From Trichodelitschia bisporula (lineage: Eukaryota), in assembly GCA_010356995.1 (NCBI GenBank), contig ML996708.1, positions 1-64,000 of the forward strand: DNA of 64,000 nucleotides, in the 5' to 3' direction. Of the stretch, positions 47,821-59,423 are shown piece by piece. Both the position numbers and the translations under genes were made by a program. The notes beneath the pieces are model-generated. The model was not told the origin of the DNA. It saw nothing but the letters and a program-made list of their open reading frames with translations, and made no database searches. Positions within the stretch are counted from its first letter, which is position 1. Every line of letters starts with the position of its first letter.

Positions 47821-49673
47821 TACGGTACAGTAGTGGAAAACGGGATGCCGATCGCAGTCCAGTACAAGCAACTTACCAGCGGCTGGGGCTGCAGTGCAAC
47901 GTTGTGGCTGCTTGCCCAGCAAGTCCTGGAGAGCGGGGCAACGGCGCCAGCGCTTGCATTTTTAACGTCCTTTCAGCCACCAACGAACTTCGGGCCGAGG
48001 TTTCTCCAGAGAGCTCACGAGACCTATCGGAGACAGCCGACGGACTGACATCTTCACTGTCACAGATCCGATAACATCTTCAGGCCTCCCGTTTGCAGTC
48101 TGAGGGTTTGTTCCCCATGGAACCATGTCATACCATGTGCTCGATATACCGTACCGTATTGCTCGACGCCACGTGCTTCATATGCCGATACTGATATCAA
48201 TGTTGGATCTCTATGAAGGACGCAGCTGAATGCTGGTGGTGTGACATTCCTGCGAAACTTGACAGGCACACAGGTACGGTAAGAGCTACCGGAACGGCCC
48301 GCAAGAACCACTTGATCTTGTGCCTGCTCTACCGCAAGGCGATATGACGTTAACCAAGCTCAATTGGTTGATTGGCAACACTTGGGAGCATTGTATAAGC
48401 CTTCAAAAACATGTCTCTTGCCTTTATGCGGTCAGAGTTATGGTGATTCTCTGAACCCGACTCTGGCTGCGAAACGCTACAAGTGCAAGATACAGTACAC
48501 TACGATACCAGATGATGGCTAGACACGCGCACTGACCTTGATATCATTTTCCGACCGCTGAAGAGAAGCAGTGAACCCTTCGGTGCACTCTCCTAGACAT
48601 GCCGGTTCCGTACCTGATTTGCATTGCATTGAAATACCATCAAGCTCTACCATATGCTGGTTTACCGAACGTCTCGAATCATTATCCCCACCACGAATCG
48701 CATGATTTCCCAGGACAACCCCAAACCAGCAACCACACGCGACCACATCTACCCAACCCACCCCATCACCACGAGACAAAGCGGGACCAGCCGACGCGGC
48801 ACCCGTACCTGCCATCTCACCCCCCCTCCATCCCCACACAAACTCATACCCATAATCACATGTTGTTCTGGTACCGACCCGTCCCTCCTCACACCTCAAC
48901 CCACACCATACCATACGGTAGGTTATTCTCCGCAAAAGCAAGTCACAGCGGGCCTATCCCCGCTATGATGATCACCGCCTCAAAGCTTGCCCGCCGATCA
49001 CCGATCGCCACCTACCCAGAGATTCGCCACCATTGCGCAGCAACCGCTGCACAGCGACGTCGACGGCGCAAATCGGCCGTAGATACCTCCGCTGAACCCG
49101 GTTTCTGGCTCGCTTGCCAATTGCCACGCTGTGGTTTGCAATTCGCATTGGAGCGGGTAGCATCGGCTGTATGCGCGCGATTTACTTTCTCCCCATATGC
49201 CCGTCAACATACCGCTCGGTAGCAATGCAGTTGCAGTGGCGGCTGACATCCGCGCCTCGCCTCGTCCCGCGCTCCATACCGCACCATGCAGGCCCGCCCG
49301 AAAGACGGGTCGGCACAAACGGACGACACATGTCTCGGCTGCACCTACCGTAGCAGCCCGCCGCCGTCGTTGCAGCAATGCGGAGACTAGTGCCAGTACG
49401 GTAACAAATTACCATATCCACCCCACCCCTTTGCGGGGTTACCACGCGCCCGGTTTAAGGGACGGAGATAGCGGGGGCTGTAACTGCCGTACGGGGTTGC
49501 GGTACCCGTGCATGTTGCATACGCGGGGACGGAGCTGCTACGGTAACAAGCGAGCGGTATCGCGTGTTCAGGGCCGCTCACGCAGCGTGGGGGTGCCGTA
49601 GTGGGGTCATATGCGAGGTGGAGTGGAACTCCCGGGGCGAACTTCCCCATGGGACAAATGCAATGGTACGGTA
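47821..49673. promoter_or_regulatory. Cluster of nine TACGGTA/TACCGTA heptamers in the PTR2 upstream region
   Basis: Copies at 47821, 48147, 48152, 48275, 48914, 49346, 49397, 49539, 49667. Confidence 0.5.
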
Positions 49674-49974
49674 CGGCGTCCAAGCTCTAGGTACCGTGAT
49701 CCACATCCCCCTCCTCGTCTGCTAAATTTAACATCCCCCAGCTTCCCATTCGGGCAGCTGCCGGTACCTGCACAATCGGGCTCGCTCGACGCAGCAGCAG
49801 CCGGCATCACCCACGGAAAGACGCCACATGGACCCATGGGCTGATCTCACGAGCGAGAGAGCTGGTCCCAGTGCGCATCACGCATTGCATTCAGTAAAGG
49901 AATATAGGATTTTGCGCAATTCTACGGTGTCAGTACCTGCATCTTTCTCGGGTGACTCCGTCCCCGTGACTCCA

Positions 49975-52095
49975 TCACAGCCCACTCGCGTCCGTCGCAA
50001 CAATCGACCGCCGCCTCACCTCCGACATCTCTGGCGGCACAAGAGCCCCGTCAGGCGTGTACCGCGACTCGGCTGTGCTGCGCAGCACATCTAGTTCTAA
50101 AGCGGCCCGATCCTGTGTGGTGTCCGTCCTGCGCGGCGTAGGGGGCCGAGGCTCAGCGAGCAGGGTTTCGGCCCGGCGCGCAAAGGCAGCGCCAACCGTC
50201 GACGCGCGCCGCAGGGTCTTGAAGCTTTCCACAGATGGGGCCCCTGGGCTCGGGGTTGGCCCCGGATTGCCCACTCTGCCGGAACCCTCCCCGCCGCCGC
50301 CCCCCCCGCCGATGCCCCCCTGCCCCGCCATGCTCGCCCGCTGCTCCGCCAGAGTCATGAAGCTCGGCGATCGGGACGGGGACGTATGGATGCTAGCCTG
50401 ATCGACATCAAGACCAGACCACTGGCTCGGGGCATTGGGGACGCGGCGCAGGTGGTGCTGCATATCGACCTTTGACTTAAGGGCGTTACGGATCTCCAAC
50501 TCAGTCTTGCGCATCCAATCCACATAAGTCTCCGTGCTGAGCGGATAGAGCGGGATGTTGTCGACTTTCTCAATAAACGAGGGCGGCTTCGGCGCAGGCC
50601 GCGCCATGATTACGTCCAGGTCCGAGGCGATTTGCTCGCAGAAGGACTCGAGCGGTAGGTCGTTGACGTCCATGCCGAAGGGGTTCTCGATTTCGGCCCC
50701 GATGAACGCCATGCCCATGAGGATGTGTCCGGCTACCAGGGTCGCTGGGATCGTGTTCCACCCGAACTCCCCGTGCAGCTGGAACGGCAACATCCCGATG
50801 TACAGCCACGTGATCTGCGAGATGCAGATGCTGTACGCCAGCGGGATGGGCGTATTGAGGATACGGTCCGTGCCAGTCAAAATGTCGCCCATGACCGAGA
50901 GCTGCGTCACTAGCCACGGTTAGCAAGGGCCAGGAATACCGGATGCACATGCGCGTCTGCTGGTGGAGCGCCGGAACGAGAAACGCGTTTGCCGCGTACA
51001 GCGAGTCGAAGTACCCGTGGATGTGTACCAGGATCTCGAGAGGCAGGTTTCCGAGCGGCCGCGTCGAGCGCTTCATGTGCCGCCGCGGATTCTCGAGGGC
51101 GAACGGGATACCCAACCACCCGCCCACGCGGCGCCACATGGGCTGCTCCACGGGCAGCGTGCTGACGCCGACGTTGGCATGCTTCGCGAAGGTGTCCAGG
51201 AAGGCGACACGGCCGCGCAGATCGTGGTAGTCGACATAGGGCTCGAAGCGGAGGCGGTGTTTGAGGGCGAGGGAGAAGGCGGCGATCAGATTGATGCAAG
51301 AGCTGCAATATCAGCGTCAGAGAGAACACGTACTGTCCGGCATGCGCACATTTTGCCGAGCAGGTCTTGCTTCCCCAGTTCGCCTTCACGCTCGCGTACG
51401 TGCACCCACACCAGGCGCGACATGTGCTGAGACACAGAGTTGAGTTGGGCCCAGAGCTTGCGGCCGTCGTTGTATTTCTCGTACGCGGTCGTGTTGCGGA
51501 AAGATAGCCCTAAGCTAACCGTGACGCCGAGGATGGTTAGGAGCGAAGTCTGGTACTTGTCTATAGCCTTGTCAGCTCGGCCCCTCGTGCACTGTCGGCT
51601 TACGGTGGGGGAATCCAAAGTGTAGGATACAGGTGACCAAGGTGGACCAGATGGCGATGATGGTCATCGGCACGATCAACTGCGGCAGGATGCTCCCGTG
51701 CAAGCGGAAGAAGAAGGGCACTTTCGAAAAGTGTGTCACATCGCGTGGGCCGAGCTGGAGGATTAGCTGTGATTGGGGTACTCGTATCAGTGCCGAACAT
51801 ACAAAGTAATCTCCCACTCGCATATGTTTCTCGCGGGTGTCAGGCGAGAGGCCCGACTCGGCGGACGCGCCGTCCCACCCGCTAGTTCTAGTCGAGGTGA
51901 ACGATTTGGATCGCCATATGGGCATGATTGTCCCGTCCCTGTGCTGGCATGAATAGCAGGTCAGTGAACTCGGCGTTATCGATGCGTAGGGGATAATGCT
52001 CTTGGAGAGGAGATGTTGAGCTTTGGAGGATGGCTGCGATGGTACCCGGAAGGTACTACTTGCTCGTCCTTGCCACTGTCAGCTAGGGTCGCCAT
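49975..52095 (-). CDS. Bestrophin-like / UPF0187 membrane protein (5' exon uncertain)
   Basis: PFFFRLHGSILP, LSFRNTTAYEKYNDGRKLW, AFSLALKHRLRFEP, GNLPLEIL, DRILNTPIPLAY, EIENPFGMDVNDLPLE; several introns. Confidence 0.88.
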
Positions 52096-53272
52096 CTTGC
52101 TTTCTGCCAGTGATGGAGGTCGGGTTTCAGCGTGAGACCAGGACCATGATGTCATGAAGTCCCATGCTGAGTAATGACCGCTCACTTACACGACTTCATC
52201 ACTGTACATGTCGTGCCTGATTACAACGTACGGATTTACTGCCCGCCACACGCAAATATCCGACGGTGTCAGCATCCGCAGCGCTCGAAATCCCTTCTCA
52301 AAGTCTCTCCCATCGGAATCGGACGTGCCGACGGTAAGCAGGCGGCAAACACAGAGGTACCTTACTTTACCTACTGGTACCAAGCTGCTGACATCGGAGA
52401 CAGGTCTGTAAGTAGCAGGTCCGACCTCCGACCTCGTGAGCCTGACGATCTGAAGTTCCGCTTGAGGCTGGTGATTCGTACGTTGTATTTCGGGGCCTGG
52501 TCCGGGCGGACTCTCCAGCCACGGCGGGCAGGGCTGGGGCGTCGATCCTAAAAATAGACAACCACGGCAGCTCCCGTTTCCCCCGCCCTGCACGTCAACT
52601 GTCCACGCGAATGTGGGTCGCAATCGTCTCTGCGAGCAACCATCGATCTTATCTCATCGACGGGTCGGTTGATGACATCAACGCCAGGTAGCCAAATTTT
52701 TGCTGCCGTGGATGCACCCCAAGACTACCCGGCAAACTCGGTAGTCGAGCTCGAAGCTTACCCGTGCATCCGCCATGCGTGATTACAGCTCCCCGCTGGG
52801 CAAGTCGCCCGCATCAACTGTGCTCGCAAATTCCCACCGCTACATACTCCGTAGATCGAATACTGAACCAGGCGCAGGAACAGCCGGCTTACGCTTAGAG
52901 ATCTATTCTCTGCTGTCTTTGACTTCGACGGTCTGACCAATTACTGTCCCGACTGCGCCATGTGCGATTTGACGCCATGTGGCGCATAGTAAGCAGCATC
53001 GTGATCTAAGCCCCGGAACGACCGCCGCAGCGGCCACGGCTCCAAATAGTCGGCTAGCATCGCGACAGCGCTGAGCATCAGCCGCGCGGACGACGATGCA
53101 TATAAACATGGCGCCGGTGCGCAGATTTAGACATCATCAACACAGCAGTTCACTTCGTCTCTACCACACTTCGCATCATCTCAACAATTCTCTCAGCTTC
53201 GTCTCCAGCACACTTCAGTCTTCACATCACCTTCACCACATCAACCCAGCTCAATCCCCCACCACCGCAACA

Positions 53273-53869
53273 ATGGTCGCCCTCTCCACCCTCCTCCTGA
53301 GCGCCACCTCCATGGCCTCCCTCGCCCTCGCCGCCCCCACCCAAGCCTCCACCTACTCCCCCAAGCCCTACTCCTCGTCCGACTACAACACACCCACCCC
53401 CGCCCACGCCGCCACAGGCGCAACCCACACCGTCGTCGCCGGGCGCGCCGGACAATTGATCTTCGACCCCGAGAACGTCGTCGCCGAAATCGGCGACATC
53501 ATCGAATACCACTACCTCCCCAAAAACCACAGCGTGGTCCAATCCTCTTTCGACGAGCCCTGCAAGCCCCTCGCCGACGGCTCCGGTTTCTTCTCCGGCT
53601 TCATGCCGACCACGCCCGAGCAGGGCCAGAACCCGAATGTGTTCTCTGTGACGGTGACGGACAAGAAGCCGATTTGGTTTTATTGCTCGCAGACTGTGGG
53701 GAATCATTGTCAGATGGGCATGGCGGGCGTTGTTAACCAGAACTTTGATGGGCCGAATACGCTTGCTGCGTATAAGAAGAAGGCTGCTGGCACTGGTGTG
53801 TCAGTCTCCCCGCCGTATATCCAGGGTGGTGTGGTTAAGCCGAACCCCAACCCTACCTCCGGTGTTTGA
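53273..53869 (+). CDS. Secreted cupredoxin-domain protein
   Basis: Signal MVALSTLLLSATSMASLALA; FDPENVVAEIGD; NHSVVQSSFDEPC; WFYCSQ..NHCQMGM (H, C, H, M type-1 Cu ligand pattern). Confidence 0.85.
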   Translation: MVALSTLLLSATSMASLALAAPTQASTYSPKPYSSSDYNTPTPAHAATGATHTVVAGRAGQLIFDPENVVAEIGDIIEYHYLPKNHSVVQSSFDEPCKPLADGSGFFSGFMPTTPEQGQNPNVFSVTVTDKKPIWFYCSQTVGNHCQMGMAGVVNQNFDGPNTLAAYKKKAAGTGVSVSPPYIQGGVVKPNPNPTSGV

Positions 53870-54511
53870 GCGGTGATAGGGTACGATGATTACGTGGCAG
53901 CATAGCGGTGTTGGGTTGGACTTCATGTTTTGGGCTGCATTTACATTGGTTCGAGTTGCATGGCTTGCGTTGATTTGACTTTTTTGCATAGCATGGCATG
54001 GCATGGTATTAGACGGACTGCATCGCGAGGTTCGTTTTGGCATCTGTATTTGCATTTTCATCGGCGTTAGCAATAGGGTATAATCAGGCATCAAAAAACC
54101 ATACTTTCAAATATGCTTCTCCTCGCTGTGCCTCGCGCCCGCTTCCCGCCTTCCTTCCCGATGTCATCTGGTTCCTCTTCCGAGCCATCTTTCACCCTCA
54201 GCTTGATCCAGTTCCGCAAGCTAACAACCTCAGTCGGGCTGAGGGGATTATGTGACAGGATAGGTTGCAGTCTTGCCAGCACTGTTCCACGACCGCATGT
54301 CCAGACTCCCAATTCAGATTTGTGCAAATGCTCGCATTCTCTACATGCACATCGGGTCCGTCGCCCAGTCTCGGTACCAGACGTCGCTCGCTCGCCTGCA
54401 GACTCCAAAGCAGAGCCCACCAGGAGCAGGAACACAATACAGAAAAACGCCCGCCCATGACCCATTCAAGAACCAACCCACCCCCATCACCCGCACCATC
54501 ATCCCCCTCCA

Positions 54512-55965
54512 CTAGTGATACTCAATCATCCGCCCCTGCCCCCCCGCCGACAACCCCCCCTGCCCCTGCCCCCCCTCCCCAAACTCCACCTGCCGAAACG
54601 GCGTCCCATACCCCGCCGCATACGCCAACCCGCTCACCTGCCTATGCAAACTCGGCGTCTGCGGCGGATGCGGGTGCTGCGGCGCATGATGCATCGCCAT
54701 ATACGGATCGTGGCGGCGGAACAAGCCGAACGCCATGTTCGACAACGTCATGCAGCCGAAGACGAAGAGGAGGGAGAAGATCTGCCTTGTTAGCCTTTTG
54801 TAGAGAAAAATTGGGGGTGGGGGAAACGTACCATGGCTTTGTAGGAAATGGGTTCTATGAAGGAGTTGAAGATCTGCGCAAAAGTATGCGCCGACACGCG
54901 CGCGCGGCCCACGGCCCGCGGATCCTTCCCCATGCACGCCTGCCACGCGGCGCAGGGGGATTGCAAAGCAGGCGCGCGGTGAGTGGAGTCACACCCGTTG
55001 TCGCGGAAGTGCTTTGCGCACACTGCGATCTCGCGCATGATTTCGCCGGCTGCTTCGTTGGCTTTTTCGTCCACGTCGGCGCGGATGGTGCGCCAGAAGG
55101 AGTACAGGATGTACAACACGCCGAACATGAGCACGAAATTGAGCAGCAGTTGCAGGTAGAAGGAGAGGATGTGCGGGAGGGTGGGGTGGGCTTCCATGTA
55201 GGAGAGCGCGGCGCCGATGACGCCGGGTTTGGGCTCGATGGCTTTGCGCGGACGCCGTGAAGAGTCGTTTTCGTCTTCCCAGGATGAGTCTGCGGAATCG
55301 TCGCGCCGGGATTTGTCCCGCCGTGGCGAGTCCTTGCGTGTGCGCCGCCGGGTCGCTACACGCTTCTCCGCCTTGTGCGAGTACGGCACCAACTTGTCCT
55401 GTTTCTGCGGCGGGGGAGCGGGGCGCGAGGGACTCGACAAGAAGAGCCGTCCGAGGAGCGAGTCTCGCTTCTTCGGGGCGGGCTTGTCGGCTTTGCCAGC
55501 GGTGAAGGAGGGTGCTTTCTTAGGGGGCATTTCGGGGGTGGCGTCGGTGTCGAGGCCGAGATCTGGTGTTTCGGGCGTCTCGCCGCCGGAGGAGAAGTCG
55601 ACTTCGAGGCGGCGCGGGGTGGAGAAGAGGGCGGGGTTTGGGGGGAGGGGTTTGTTTGGGCTCGAGGGGCGGGAGGTGGATGGGAGGTTGAAGAAGGTTG
55701 TTTGGCCGGCGGGGGCGCGGAGGGCGGGGAAGCTGCTCTGCTGCGGTTTGCTGGTGTCTTCGAAGGCGGAGCGCGGTCCTGGAAGGGTTGACTTGATTAG
55801 GTCGATGTCGCGCTGCACGAGGTAGGATAGCGGGAGCTCACTCTTTGAAGGGGTTTGGGGGGGGAGGGCGTTGAGGGAGGTGATGAAGGGGGAATTGCGG
55901 TCGATGGGTCCGTTGCCGTTTGTCCAGGTGAAGTCCATAGGCGACTCGTGGGTTTGGCGTTCCAT
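54512..55965 (-). CDS. BRL1: Brl1/Brr6 nuclear envelope protein
   Basis: MERQTHESPMDFTW; LPHILSFYLQLLLN; IRADVD; four Cys (CAKHFRDNGC..RAPALQSPC..W..CM); SAHTFAQIFNSFIEPISYKAM; two introns. Confidence 0.85.
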
Positions 55966-56437
55966 CTTCCAGCGGGGTTGGAAGAGTTGAAGATGGAGGC
56001 GGAGTAGGGACGGGCAGAAGAGGGCGAAGAAAGTTGCGTTGTTGGATGCGGTGGGATTGGTGCTTGTAAACAACGGGGGAAGTTCGGCAGATCCTTGCAG
56101 TGTGAAGTGCGTTGGTTTGCGCTGGGCGGAAGGGCAAGCGGTGGCGCAAGCGGTGCGCTGTACCTTGATGCAGGGCTGCCTCGACGCCTGACAAGAGTTT
56201 GATGTTGATGAAGTTGCCGGAGGAGCTGCCAGCTGATATTCTACTTTACTACTTTCTATCCATCCCATCTATTCAGCCTCGTTGAATGCTTAAGTCAGCG
56301 TTGTGCTGGCAACAAGGTCACATGAGAGACACGACAGCATCGGCAGTTGACAACGTCTTTATTCCGGCAGCCAACGATGAAACAGCATCATGGAGCATAG
56401 GATACATATCTACATGGACAGCACGAGCACGAAGCTA

Positions 56438-57316
56438 CTAGAAAGCAAAGTCGCGCGGATGATGCTTCCCAGTGCGCCGCGATACAGCTAGACGATGTCA
56501 GTTGGCACTTTTGGTTCCGGAAGGATACGTACGTGAGGGAGAAGCCGCCTTTGGCATCCCAATGCACCCGGTCCCAGGTGCGGCTTCATCAGCAGTTCCA
56601 GCGACAGGAGACGCAGCAGGGGCAGCAGCAGAGGCAGCCGGAGCAGCAGCCGGAGCAGCAGAAGAAGACGCAACCGGAGCAGCAGCCGGAGCAGCAGAAG
56701 ACGCAACCGGAGCAGCAACCGGAGCCGCAGCCCCCCCTCCTCCACCAACAACAAAGTCAACACACGACTCATACGTCTGCTTCGCCTCCGGCGAATCCCA
56801 CCACCACTGCAACACACACTCTCCCGGCTGCGTGCACTTCCCCCCCAAATCCGCCGGCAGCTTAACATCAAACTTCGTATTATTCGCTGGAATCGTATGC
56901 GCCGTACTCGCATAATCCGCGAAATAAATCAGTTGATCCCCAATAATCGTATTCGCCGCCGTATCCACAACCGACACATTCGCCGTGCCCGTGTGCGGCG
57001 CGCTAATCACCGCCGTGAAGGGGATAGTCTGACTGAGTGTGTAGGTCTGCACGTTGGCGGTGTTGTCGGCGAATTGGAAGCCTTTGCACAGGAACATGTT
57101 GCAGGCGGACGGGTTGTAGTCTTTTTGGCTGGTGGCGACTTGGAGCTCGCCTTGCACGTTGCCGTTTTGATCCGATTGCTGTTGGTTCAGGACCTGGGCG
57201 CTGCACGCGGCGCCGAAGGCTGGACCGGCGGCACGCGCCGGCGGAGATGTAACTCGGCCATGGCCGTAGACGACAGGCAGGAGGGCGATGAGGGTGGTGG
57301 AGAGAATGACCCGCAT
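56438..57316 (-). CDS. AA16-like LPMO-family protein with Ala/Pro/Ser-rich tail
   Basis: Signal MRVILSTTLIALLPVVYG then His1 (HGRVTSPPAR); CNMFLCKG; APHTGTANVSVVDT; CVLQWWW..QTYESCVDF. A 45-nt intron 56532-56488 gives the C-terminus SRRTGKHHPRDFAF*. Confidence 0.8.
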
Positions 57317-58233
57317 TGTAAGAGACGTGACTGAATGAATGGAGGCTGGGTGAGGGAAAGGAATGACTGCCAGCAGCTGAGAAGTGAAGACGAAAGACAG
57401 ACAAGAAAGACTGAAGACGAAGAAGATGAAGACGAAAAGCGAAGACGATGATACTGCTACGAGAGGCAACCACCGATGCTATAAGAACACGCCGCTATGT
57501 ACCCAGACCCGCCAGCTCGGCCCAAACACCGGCATAACCCCCCTCTGCAGCCATCCCTACTTTCCCCCACCGTCGCCCGGCGTTCGAGAAGGACAGCTCG
57601 ACGTCATGAGCCCGCCCGCGGGCCCGGAAACCGGCGGTTCCTGTCACAGGCGGGAAACGGTAGGGCGTCGTGAGCGGTAGGTTAGTAGGATGAGGCTCGT
57701 GGCGGTTCGCGGGACCTGCATCATGCGTGGCGCGCACCCGGTACCTGCAGCGTTTCAGGCCCGTCCGCTGGTGGTTCGCGGGCCGAGATGAGTGACGGAT
57801 GGCGGGTAGGAAGGACTAGTGAAACTTCATGCGGGCGGGATGAGGGGAACTTAGAGTTGGGCTGTAGAGAGTGGGATGCAAACCGTAATGGGATGCCATC
57901 GTGGTGATCTCTGCCGGGAGGGCAATGTTGCGGATGAGGACAGCACTATGCCGTCTCTAGATATGGTAGTAAACACGATCGATGTGATGCATGGGCTACG
58001 ATAATCCATCAAGTAGATCCTCAACGAGCAGCCTAGTCGTGGTGGAAATTCCAGTACAAAGCTTAGCTCCGACGTCAAACGTCGTCTGTCAAACCACCAA
58101 CCCCAGCCAAGCCTCACCACTTTCCACCAAGCACACACCCAACCATGCGCCACATCAACGACATCAACCATCGCATGTAGCCCCCAACAACCCTTACCAC
58201 TGCTCCTCCTCCCCATCTCCCCCCGCTCAAGTC

Positions 58234-59192
58234 ATGTCTCCCCACGCCTCCCACCTCACAAACCCCCTCGCCACCCCCACCCAACTCTCCACCTCCGGCT
58301 CCCAACTCGACGGCATCCCACCCGACCTCGAGCGCTCCATAATCTTCGCCGGCGCGCGCCTAACCCAAACGGCGGGGCAACTCCTCCGCCTCCCACAAGA
58401 CATAATCGCCCGCGCCATCATCCTCTTCACGCGCTTCTGGGTCGGGTCCGAGGGGGGCAGTCTACGCGAATATGCCGCTGCGGTAAGGGCACCTGACATC
58501 GCATATCCCCCGCGTTTCCAACCTAGAACTAGTTCTAATGAAGACAGGACATCTCCGCCGCCGCCCTCTATCTAACATCCAAGCTCTCCCCGCACCCCCA
58601 ACAACCCCGCTCAATAGTCAATGCATACGCCTACCTCGACTCCTTCCCCACAACCTTCAATCCCCCCTCCGCCTTCGCCTCGCACACGAACCAAGAATCC
58701 TACTTCCTCTCCGAAGCCGCGTGCTCAGCGTCAAAACTCCGCCTCATGCAATCCGAAGCCATTGTATTGCGTGTTCTGGGGTTTAACACGCACGTCGCGA
58801 CGCCGTACACGCTGTGCATCAATTACCTGCAAGCCCTCGACGTATTCCCAGGCCCGCGCGCTACGGCCATCGCGCGCCGCGCCTTCGCATACCTCAACGC
58901 CGCGCTCCTATCCCCCCAACTCGTGTACCTAACCCACCAACCCCATGCCCTAGCCGTAGCGGCTATCTATCTAGCCGCGCGCGAAGGGGGCGTGAAACTG
59001 CCGGACGGGGAATGGTGGGCGGTGTTTGATGTCGAGCGCGAAGAGTTGGGGTTTTTAGTCGTTGCGTTGAGGAGTTTGGAGGGGTTTGTGAGGGGGGAGA
59101 GGGAGGCTTGGGGGGGGAGGAGGGTGCCGCTTTCTTTGGGGGAGGTGGAGGCGGAGTTGGAGAGGAGGGGTGTGTTGGAGCGGGTGGAGTGA
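58234..59192 (+). CDS. Cyclin L-like protein
   Basis: LTNPLATPTQL..SQLDGIP, TQTAGQLLRLPQ, FTRFW, an intron at ~58483-58547, EAIVLRVLGFNTHV, LAVAAIYLAAR, WWAVFDV. Confidence 0.85.
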
Positions 59193-59423
59193 AACGGGGG
59201 ATTTGACGGAGTAGATTCTCGTCGTGTTGCACGTGCTGATGTACATGCAGCTATAGACAGCGTGGAAAGCGCACAGTGTCCTTTGTGGCCTGTCTCGCTG
59301 CGAGACAGTGCCGGGTAACAAAGCCTCCACGCGACCCAATTCTCGCAAAAGCGATGGAAGAACGTCAAAGTTTATATCAACGCCACCATCACCCACCTAA
59401 ATCCAGCATGTCCCCCCCCCCCA

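Noticed and set aside
46400..49950. Many 60-200 aa ORFs upstream of PTR2
   Set aside because: No motifs, codon bias or splice structure; treated as non-coding.
57317..57469. Hydrophobic N-terminal extension of the AA16 ORF (similar extensions at 23304, 33505, 53096, 56268)
   Set aside because: Pyrimidine-rich 5' UTR read from upstream, mostly near-cognate, starts; downstream ATGs give proper signal peptides or conserved N-termini.
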